This document shows, piece by piece, positions 39,601-51,600 of a DNA stretch of 64,000 bases. Source of the stretch: Paragordius varius (taxonomy: Eukaryota > Animalia > Nematomorpha). The notes under the pieces are model-generated. The model was given only the letters and a program-made list of their open reading frames with translations. It ran no database searches and was not told the origin of the DNA. Location: NCBI GenBank assembly GCA_964247055.1, contig OZ176059.1, forward strand, positions 2,914,001 to 2,978,000. The letters run 5' to 3'. The translations under genes were made by a program, and so were the position numbers. Every line of letters begins with the position of its first letter. Within the stretch, counting starts at the first letter, position 1.

Positions 39601-42600
39601 TAATTGTTTAATAAATCACAATACATATACGTCATTTATAAGCGCATCCATCCTTAACATTGATCCCACACCACTCCAACCCATTCCACGCAATAATAAA
39701 AATCGAAACCCGGTTTACAGAGTATTTAAATCACAAACAAACATTTACTTACATTTCTCACCACTCTTTTAATTCATTTTTATTAGTTTTTGAAAGGTAA
39801 AAATCATCTTTAAGATAAGCACCTATAATTATAAAAATTCAAAGTTTATACCAGTAATATGCATCCTACATTATCATCTGTGTTGTAGAAATTCTAATAT
39901 ATACAATACGTTTGGCGTTATGTTACACCTTGCTTTCATTGTTACTATTTATTTAAATTTTTATCCATACATACTATTTCGTATTCACTCATTATAATAT
40001 TATTCTTTAACTGTGAATATATGTATATGTATAATTAATATTAACATTTTATTTACCAGGTTGTTTTTTTTACTACTAATATAATTTTTGGTATTTCAAA
40101 TTTAATTTTTTCAAGAATTACCTAACTTACAAGCTCTATTCATACCACACTATATACCCATTCATTAGTAAGTAGTTTAAATTTATGCAAGAAAATAAAT
40201 TCATTCATAATTACATTTTTTGGTTTTATCAATAATATTTATTTTTAATCTTTTTTTGCATATATGACTAAATTTAACAAATTATATTTTATCATTCGGA
40301 CGACGGATTCATACGAACAATATTATGTTTCAATTTAAATTGAATAAAAAAATTTCAGGATTATCGTGCTTTTGTTTGGGCTTACTAGCAGCCCCTTTTA
40401 GAAATTTATTTGTGATTGCTCCATACATAAAAAAATGGCAAAATTGACGTACATTATATCTTAATAAAATTTTTCAATAGATTAAAAGATTAAAATAAAA
40501 TATTTTTAGTTAATACGTATACATAGATTTATGTGTGAAAGTAGGGCTTATATAAATCCAAAAAAAGTTTATTAAACTTGTTTAGCATATGTGGTGGATT
40601 CCGTTCTATAATGCCCCTTAATGGTGCCTTTTTTTCAATATCAATCGCCTATAAATTAATTTACTCTTGCTCATCATCATCAACCAATTTTCTCATTTTT
40701 AATAAAAAATGGATTTTTAGGATATATTAGTTCAAAGTTGAGAACGCCTTCCATCAAATTTATACTAGTTTATGAGTATTTCAAAATTCCCATAATTTTA
40801 TTGTTTTTTTTAAATCATTAGAATATTAATTATTTTACTTTAAATTATTTAATATTAATTAATTAATAAATTTTTTAAAAAAATGGATGGACTCATGTTA
40901 TCTGATATTGGGGTCGTTATGGGGAGAAGGGGTCCACCTTAACGCATTTCGAATGATTAAAATTATTTGAGCAGAATTATTATGATTGTAAGTAAAATAA
41001 TATTTCCTTAAGATTTTAATTTATCAACCAAAATTTTAAATAGAAACATAAGATTTACAAGCCATTTATGAGCACAAAAAATATGAAAGAAAATGGTAAT
41101 ATTAGGTTAAAATTTATATTCAGTGATAATTATATTAAAATGTCGCATTTCGCTACATCTCTCATATTTTTTCACAGTGGTATTTAGATAATATAAGAAT
41201 GCTTAAACAAAAGCACTTCTTTTTCCTAATCAATATGCAAATTGTCATATTAAAATTCAAACTTTGAAACAAAATTGTGGTAGATTCTTACATATGCTTA
41301 TTTTATTTGATATTAAGGTGCCTTCCTACTTTCTCATACGTTATTTACATTAACACCTTAAGGGGGTATATTTTTATTTTTTGAAGACAAGCAGTTTGCA
41401 GTTTTTAACCACAAGATCTGTCAAAGTTACCATCTAATCATTAATGATATGGCAAGAATATGCTCAATATTTAATTAAATATGTATCCAAAGATTAAAAA
41501 TAGTATTTTAAAAAAATTTTTGAAAGATAAATATTTAAAAAGGAACGGTTTGTATCCAATATAATGATCAAAATTTTCATTTTTTTAGCTATTCAAACCA
41601 TTTATAATTTAAATTTACTTGATATTATTTCCCAAAAATATAATCGCCTAACAAATCTATTAAATAGACTTTTTGCACATAGGCTTCCTTTCTATGAAAT
41701 ATGTTTGGATAAAATAAAACACATCTAGTGCACATTAATTCTAATATTTACAATTTAAATTCATCCTAAAAAATTTTTGTTTTTACTATTAAGAACCTAT
41801 ACTTTTTGTATTTTCGAAAAATGAAATTTTATTAAAAAATAATAAACTAAGCCATAACGAGATATTTATATAATGATAAGTTACATTACCCCGAAAACAC
41901 ATAATTTATTTTTAGGGTAAATTTGAATTGTTTACGGATGAATTTGAAATGTTCGAGGGTGAATTTGAATTGTGAATAGCGCAAAATTTATAAATATTAT
42001 ACCTTTGAAACGTGTAGCCATTTAACCAGTTTGTCAATTCTCACATGATTTTCATTTCTATCGTGCTCGTATAGTTCAATGGAGATGGGATAGGCCCCAT
42101 ACATCATAGGTATCAAGGGAAAATGGTATGGTCTAACCGTATAAGCCGGTATTTGTCCATTTTGAGTCGTAAAGCTGGCATCAGATGGGACCTGTAATGT
42201 TTTATGCCCACTATTTTTAGCATCATATTTGGTACAAATCCTGGCATCCTTACGATTCAGGGCTATAGTAAACTTTGACACATAATAAATATTAAAAATT
42301 AAATTCACCAAAGAATATAAGTTGCATCCTAATTGTTATAACATTGATAGGAAAACGAATCCCTCTTTTTCAAAAGAATTAATTGTTTGTTCCGACTGTA
42401 TTTCTGCTATCTACATCCTAAAAAATTGGTAACCCTTTCAAAATCCAAAATAAAACAAAATTCTAATTCTTATTTTTCCTTACTATTGATTGCTTAATTA
42501 ATAATATTGTTTTGTTAAAGTTTAATATCATACATTCAGTTCATTTGATCTAAAATTATGGACCATGACGGTTAAAAGAATCCGTTGACCCACAAAAACA

Positions 42601-45600
42601 TCTCCAAACGGTAATTGGAATGTAATGAAAGCTTGGTATGTGTGATTGTAGGTGAGCTTAATTTCTTCCCTGTTTATGCAAGTTGGTCTGTACGTTGAAA
42701 AACTTTTTACTGTTATATCCCACACACTGTTGCGATCCAATATTGGTATTTGCACATAGTTATGTACACCATCACTTTATAGATATCATATAAGAATACG
42801 TAACATTAATGTTGGTCAATTCACATTAATTTTGGTCGATTAGTAATACAGTAGCTTATAGGTAAAATGGAACAAATGGTTAAAATTAAAAGTTTTTCCT
42901 ATCTTACAACAATAAATTTGTTTATTTATGGACAATATTTGTTTTATACAATACGCTACTGTATTACCCATTGGCCCACATTCATGTGTATCTTGTATTA
43001 AAATTTTGTAGGATAAAATGGTGAGAAAAAATACATATGCCATTTTATTATACAGTATGAGTAAGTATATATTGCTAGAAAGTTATTAATTAATACCAAA
43101 TAGCATATGCAGCAAAGAGTATTGGCTAATAATAGTAAAAAGTGAAAATAACAATAAGCCAATATAACTGCATTATGTTGTATATGCTATTTGGCAATAA
43201 TAATTAGAAACTCTCTAGCAATGTATACTTAAACGTACTGTATATCAACATTATTTGGGAACAATGATTGCTTGAAATCCCTCTTCTTGGGAAATAATTA
43301 GCTTAAAATTTTTATACTAGAGAGAAAAATTTAGTGTAAGTAATTTTTTCGCTCGAAAAAACTATTTAGCCTTAATATGGCTACTTTGATATTTTAAAAT
43401 CTTTAAAATTTTGCGCTTTGGCCCTTAAGTTAATTAAATATTATCTCGCATGGTAAGCCCACATACACAAAGTTTATTATACAAATGTTTGCTTATGGTG
43501 AAAATGGATCTTAATATTTTTTTATTTTCTTCAATGTCATATTAAATAATTAAAAGATACGAATTCCGTCCGGTATTTAAAAAAGTGGTAGAAAAAATAT
43601 GTCAAGCGTTGATTAACGTTTTTAATTGTATTACAATATGAGACATTGCTAATTTTTATTAATTATAACCATATGGAAATTACAGAAGGGCAACATTATT
43701 GACTTAATGTTATTTTTTGCTTTCTACTGCTATTAGCCCTACTGCTATTAGCCAATAACAATGCTCTTTGGTGTATGCTACTGACAATATATAGAAAAAA
43801 TAGCAATGTATTTATTTAATTATACATTAATACATGAATTATATAAATTGTACTATTTGGGTTGGGTTTGTTGATTATAATGCTTACCGTGACTGCTTAC
43901 ACAAAAATGGTCAATATACCATTTACAATTTAAATTCACCCTTAAACAAATCAAATTCACCTTCGAACAATTCAAATTTACCCTTAAACAAATCAAATTC
44001 ACCTTCGAACAATTCAAATTCACCCTCAAATAAAATATATGTTATTTAGGATTAACAATTACCTGTATTTTATACATTTTTAAAAAATATAATACTGAAA
44101 AAAATAATAAACTATGCTATAACGATATATTTCATATTAATAATGAGTTATATTTGTTCGAAAACACATGATTTATTTTTAGGGTGAATTTGAATTGTTC
44201 AAAGTGTAAATGGTATATCTTAAAACATCACCTCGCATTGCGTAAAACAGGGGTGGCCAACATACGGCCCTCTGAAACATTTAGTGCGTTTGGAAATCCA
44301 TAATTTGCAAAAATATGGACACAAATGTTAAAGTTGGTAGGTAATTACTGAGCAAAGTTTCTGAATAAACTATTTAATTGAAACTAAAAAAAATTCTTAT
44401 ATTGTGTTTGCATTTTGCAGTTTTGTATATGAAATCTAATAAAGTTTTTATTGCCCTCAAGAATTTTAAATACGTGGCCTATGAGGCCATTTGTGTTGGA
44501 CAGCCCTAGTCTAAAACATCAAGTTTAAAGTCATATCCTTAAAGACAGGAAAGTAAACTGCGTTATCAAAGCATTTAAAACTTCATATAATTATCAATTA
44601 AACAAAGAATATTGTTTACTTTAAATAAAGTGATCCAAAATAGGGATTAGAATTTTGTGTTCTAATGTTTCTCCAATCATCTAAAATATAGAAATACATT
44701 TGTTAAGATAAAAATATTAAATATACTTAATATGGCCACAAATAAATATATGAGATATTGTATCTTAAAGTAATATAATTATAAAATATAGGTAAACTCT
44801 TCAAATCCAAATTATAAAAGTTTTCAAAAAAGAATATATATCGTTACATGACTCCTACATATCCAATTATTATTTAAATATATATAAATTCTCCCAGCCT
44901 TCATTTTAATTAAGGATATTTTAAAACATCTCAAAAAATTAATAACATAATATTTATTCTTAATAATGGATTTTTAGTATAAATTTAATATGTTTTTCAA
45001 CCGATTTTTAATTACGTTAAACTTATCCGTCTCTGAAGCATATTTATTAATTCACTGTAACAAATTTTTAAATAGAAGGCAGTTATTAAATTACCTATGT
45101 ACAGATCTGGACACGGTTTTCCCATAGTATTTGGGGTCCCTTCATAGTTTGGTAAATTTGACCTTAGAATCAAATCGGTTTCATTCAAAAAGCTTGTAAG
45201 GTTATTATAATTATCATTATTAACAAAATGATGTTGAGTCCAACCATTGTTCTATATAATAATTATGTTTACAGAGCAAATTTAATAATAATTGGGTTTA
45301 AACATGTAAAATGAATTAATTATTTTTCATCAAAAAAAGAAAGGACTTTTAGAATCCAAAATGAATATTTGTCAATTTTTATGTACTTTTAGTCATAAAA
45401 ACATACATATCTTTTTACAAAATTTTAATAAATCTAGGTCAGTTTATAATTATACAACCAGCTAATAGAGATTGCATTAACAAACTCGTTAAGCTCATTA
45501 AGTAGGTATTATGCGTAATAAACGGTGTTTACAAGCTTCATCCATACTAATATTTGATGCAAAGTTATCATAATTAAAATATAAATATTTTTTTTAACAA

Positions 45601-48600
45601 TTTTCAAAAGAAAAAGCCTCATCGTGCTACAATCCAAAACGATGATTTGTGTATCAGGTTTATAAAATATTTTTGCAGCAAAAACTGTTTTTGGAGTTAA
45701 CTGGGGCTAATTATACAGCTATCAAAATGTATTGGGCGATAAAAAATATGCCAAGCGTTTTCCAGATAATGCTATAAAATTAACGTTTAATAGGAGACGC
45801 ATAGAGTGTTTCTATTTATGGGCTTATTTAAATAAAGCGTTTTATAATAATATTACCTTAACAAGAATTACTTGACCATTTATAAATTAAATAGTCCTAT
45901 ACCTATAACTTTACAATACATATACCTTAAAAAAATAAATGTTAAAAGTTCTAATTTTACTGATGGTGTGGCCGAACATAGGGCTAACTCAAAAAGTGCT
46001 TCTACTATGTTTGGCGTATTCAACAAAAAATAAATAATATATTTTATTAATTTGTGAAAATTTTTTTTTTCCGTAAAATATTTTACGACTTTTGGGAAAC
46101 ATATATTTTTTTAAATTTTATTTTATATCCGACTGACCACAGGATCTGAAAAAAGTGTCTCGATATGTGACTTGCAATTATTTTCGTTGAATTGACCATA
46201 AAATATCAAGAATTACAAATTTTCTACCAAAACGTGGGTGCCCTTTCATATTGAAAATAATGATAGATGTGCAAAAACACATGATTTTACAGGCGGTGGA
46301 TCTAGTTAACTACAAAAGGTGAATCTACTATAATCGACACTAATACAGAAAATGTATGATAATATTTTTAGATATCAATAGCACTAAACCTTTCACGGAT
46401 AATTATTTCAGAAATACAATTTTTTTTCTGGAGGCTTTTTCATTGTCCAAGCTCAATAGTTTTGCTTTTATAGTAGAAAAATCTGCGACAATTTTTATCA
46501 TTTTGATAAATTTTGCGATAAAATTTTTATGACAACTCCATATTTTACACCGTCTAGAGCTTAACCAAGGATAAATGACTTGATTATGCTCGACGCATTA
46601 TAAATCAATAAAATATATGTGTTACAAAAATAAAATGGACCTATACATAGTTTGAAATAATGCTTCTAGGATAGTATTTTTATAACTTATTTTGAATCAT
46701 CTAATTTTTGAAAATCTGTTGAAAAGACAAACACTTTGCAACAAAAAATAGTTACATGGCATGCATGATTTAAGAAGTGTTTTGGCTCGCATTCATACGA
46801 TGTAAAGATTTCGACTTCATACAGAATTAACCTTAATTTGAACACAAATACGATTTGATATTAAATTTTTTTATGAGGTTAAAAATGTTTTAAATTTATA
46901 CAAATCATGTCATATATATGTACAAACTTATAATTAAATTGAATAAAACCGAGATAGATATAAAATAAAATGCTAAATTTTTTTGCCATAATTTTCTCAT
47001 ACTTTAAAAAAAACTTACCTCTATTATTAGATCAACTTCGGAATATGCCAAATGCCGTAAACTATCAAATCTGTTTTTCGCCATCCAAACAACAGCTGAA
47101 TATGGGTAACCTGTAAATTCTAATTCAAAGCTTGTATTTACTTGCGGTTTTTTAACTATAACGGCTTTAATCTATATTAAACATAATTTAATACTTTTTA
47201 GATGTTTTAAAGATTTAAATTGATGTTATAATGCAAGAATTTAAAATATGGCTACCACTGTTAATTAAAAATGGACCCCCCGTTTCATTGGGTCCCTTCC
47301 CTATTGTGGAAAAAATATATGATTTAATCGCATCATGACCCTTTTTTGATAAGTGATTAAATTTTCATGGCAATCTCAATTAATATTCGGTGTTTCTTAA
47401 ATAATATATATATATATATATATATATACATAATTTTGCTAGTAAAAAATAAATTATTTTTGGTTTATTATGAGATTATCAACAAGGTACTTCATTTAAA
47501 ATTGGGAAATGTGTGATGATCAAAATAAGCCATTTAGTGATTCACTGTTTATTTCAAAAAGGTTATTATGAGGGCAGGTCACTAGGTATTTAATAAGTAT
47601 ATAATGCCGTCTCTTTCAATCACTTATAATTTAGATATAAAAAGAAAAAAATAATAGTTTAACGAGTCATTTCTTAACAAAATGATATTTGTCTACAACT
47701 TATCTTGACATAAAACCCCTTATAGATTTCCAATAACTGACTAACCTATATAGGGTACCATTTTTTGGTGTTTTTTTTATCCCCGATTAAAGAGTCATCA
47801 CCGTTAACCGGGAAATAGTCAAATCAAAAGAATTTTAAAAAGTTGATATTTGGTCGTAAAATTATTTATTTTAAATAAATACCTTCTCGCAACTAAAATC
47901 ATCCCATTTCGTTTCGATATCTAACCAATCATACGCCATGGTGTCAAGATCATTACGAGTGTGGAAACCATAAACTATTACTCGAAATTTAGGATACATG
48001 TTAGGGAGTATTGGTATGTCAATTTGGGTTCGCTTGATTAACGTTTTATGATATGGTACATTGGGATTATTTAGTGACCATTGGTCGGTGAATAATGCCT
48101 CATTTATTCCAATTTCTTTGTGATATTTTATCATACCATTTACTAAAATCTGAATAAATGATAAATATATATTTAAAAAAATTTAAAATACAGCTTAACG
48201 TGTTACAAAATATAAAATATGGCATAAAACTTTATTAATATTTTAATCCATAGAATATCTAATTATCATAAATAATGATAGTTATTTTTTAAATCTTATA
48301 ACGTAATTTTTACATTTTTAACAACATAAATTTCCATTTAAGGTGTCAAATCAACTTGTTATTACTTTAAAAGACTACATTTATATGCGATACGATCGGT
48401 TATTATTTTTAACCGGCTAATAATCCTATATTCATATTTTTTGCATTGATTTTATATGATAAATTCTTACTGCATAATAAAGAGTAGGAGAATTGATTGT
48501 AAAATTGTCATTCATGTTATAAACGACATGAATGGAATGTACAGTATTAATTTTGGGGATTGTATCCATGGTTGGCCGCTGAATTCGAATAAAATTTGAT

Positions 48601-51600
48601 GGAATTGGCTTGATGATTCTACTTCTCGCTAAATTTATCTATTTTTTATATAATTTATTTATCATGTGTGCAACACCAAATGATGGGTGAATATCATTAA
48701 AAAAGTGTGTTTATATAATTTATAAATTTATATGTCCAGATTTTTTGCGTTTTTTAACTTCACCCTTATACATTAATTTTACCCTCGAAAATTTCAAATT
48801 TACCTTTGAACAGTTTAAATTCACCGTAAAATTAAATTATGTGTTTTATTCTAACTCACTTTCGATAGGAAATATCTACTTATGGAATAGTTTATCATTT
48901 TTTCTGTATATGTTAATTTCAACAAAGGTTCATTTTTATAATAGCTAAAAAATAGGTAATTTTTGATGTCCAAAAACATAATTTATTTTTAGGGAGATTT
49001 TGATATGTTTAAAGGTCAATTTGAGATGTTCAGGGGCTAAAATGAAATATAACGTTTATCTGTAATTGATATGTTGAAGGGAATTCAAGGTGTAAATGGT
49101 ATATATTAAAACAAGTCATTAATTATGGCCGTTACAAAATTGGTATTGTACTTTTTTGATTTTAACAGTTATGGTGATTGTATGATCCATGTATTGATCA
49201 AGAGCATTTTGTTGGCCCATAGGAATTTGGACATTAAAATAACCTTGTGTGTCTGTGATCGTTTCTTTTTTACGCGAAAACATCGCATATGTTTCACTGA
49301 TAGCCAATGCGTTCACATTTATTTCTGCATTAGGTAATGGACTATTGCCAATTGTTATTCTACCCTAAAGAGAATTACATAAAAAAGTCATAAAACATAA
49401 ACAAAAAACAGCCAAAAGAAAAAAAGTTAAAAAATGCAAGTTATTAAAAAATATTTAAAAATTTAAAACTTCCAATCCTTAAGAATGAAAAAAACTTTAA
49501 TTAACAAAAATACAGTACACCTTTTTATTGTTGGCCAATTGGTAATACAGTAGCGTATGGTATAAAAAGAATTTTGTCCACAATTAAATAAACGATTTTA
49601 ATGTTGTAAAATAGCAAAAATCCCATTTGTTGTTTTTCATCCATACGTTACTGTATTGTTATTTGGCCAAAATTAATGATAGTCGAAATCAAAAGAATAA
49701 GTATTCCAATGAATGGTTTTATGAAAATATATAAAATTTGCAAACTTTCACAATATACGGTATACCAGGAATGTAGAACGCTTGCATATCCTTATCAAAT
49801 ATTATATGATGATGAGAATCACTATTAATATTATTATTGGTATTTCTATCAACAACGGGGTTAAATTGAACCACATTTTTATAAACCCGTACGATTTGAT
49901 ACCCTGATTGGAATTCGGTTATGACAAATTTCATAAAAGTTACAATATTTGATAGATATGTCTTAGACATTGCTCGATACTGTAGATCACCTAAAAAATC
50001 ATCAGCCCTTAGATTAACAGTTATCTTTGAGCATTCCATCTACGTATATAACAAAAGTAATTTTATACAACAATTTCTTTTTGAAACATTAAGTATTCGA
50101 AAATTAACATTGTTTGTAGAATTCAAATATTGTAAATCAAAGAATTATTATAATCCTTGAAAACCTTAAAGGATCGTTCATGATTTATTTCAACCAATGT
50201 AGCGTTATTGACATGCACAACGCCAACACTCATTACAACATCTGCATGGAATGGATACCCGGATAAACATTGTTTTGGATTTACTGTATTATCTATAATT
50301 TTTACGTTTTTTAATGTCATGGTATAATATGCATTTATTTCCAGTGTAAGGGTATCGTGTATGCTTAAGGACTGTCGTTTAGTTAAATTCAAACGGATAT
50401 CAAAAATTGTGTCCACACTTGTACTCTGTTTAGTTTTCAGAGTGTTATAAGGAACTACAAGAAAGGAAAAGCGCGGGCTTGCTGATAAAAACTGTGTAAA
50501 ATTAGAAATAAAATATATAAAGAATTAATTTTTAATTAAATAAATTTGAAGGAAATTATATAGCTTATTTGTGTGGTTCCGAAATATGTAAATTGACACA
50601 AAGTACCGCTTTATCAAGCAAAAATTCTCTGACATATAAAAAGAAACCAACAAAACTTTATAAATTGTTCAATATTCCTTATTATTTTATGATATTTAAT
50701 AATCCTTAATTATTATTGATATCTTTAACCGTTTTGTATATAGTTTGTTAAAATAATATAATATTCTATTAAATATATCCTAAAAGCATGTAGTATAATG
50801 AACTACGCAAACATATATAAGTAAGTGCTTTTTTCCTTAATTACAAAATTAAAAATTAATTAAATAATAATTATATAGGATATAAACATTTTATATTCAA
50901 TCAAAAGAGTTAATATTTCAAATTATTAAAAAAATTTAACGTTAGGTCCGGTCCAAGCCTCTACATGCCAAACGCCATATTCACAATTAGCGGGTAGATT
51001 ATAATTAACCGTTACTAGTGAGGAACTACTATAATTTGTGGTATAATGTTGAACCGTATGGATAATTTTTTCCGTTGGGTCCTAGAAACGGAATAGTTAA
51101 GAATTTAAAACTGATGTTGTATTCGGTAGAATATTAATGCGACCAAATTATAAAAATTTTAAACATTAAAGTTTTAGCATTGGATAAAATTGGTGATAAT
51201 ACCAAACATACTCAAAAATAAATATGCCACCATATCTAGGGGGCATATCTGATTTATCAGATATCCAACTAGTATAATTTTAATTTTATTTATAAATTGA
51301 ATTTTTCTTATGGCTTTAAAGTCAGGATTCCAAGTATATTATTTTTTAACCACTAAATGCGCTACATATTAGGGGCAAATTACTAATTATCTTGGCTATT
51401 ATTTGAGTTAAATGAAATACTTTCTCCGTAATTTAATACAAAAGAGCAATATTATCCTAAAAATGGTTCAAAGTCAAATTTATGGACAATAAAACTTTTT
51501 TGTTGTGCAAACTTTTTTGTGAGATGATTTTATTACCTCTTTTAACGCAGTGAACATTTGTAACTTTTATAAAATAAAGTTTACATAATTTATAAGTTGT

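Noticed and set aside
42840-43043. ORF with ECG..YC..YCCK that looked like the C3 anaphylatoxin domain
   Set aside because: The sequence is a copy of the palindromic MITE also found at 49531-49670. The flanking C3 exons (44680-44620 and the exon starting ~42772) join in phase without it.
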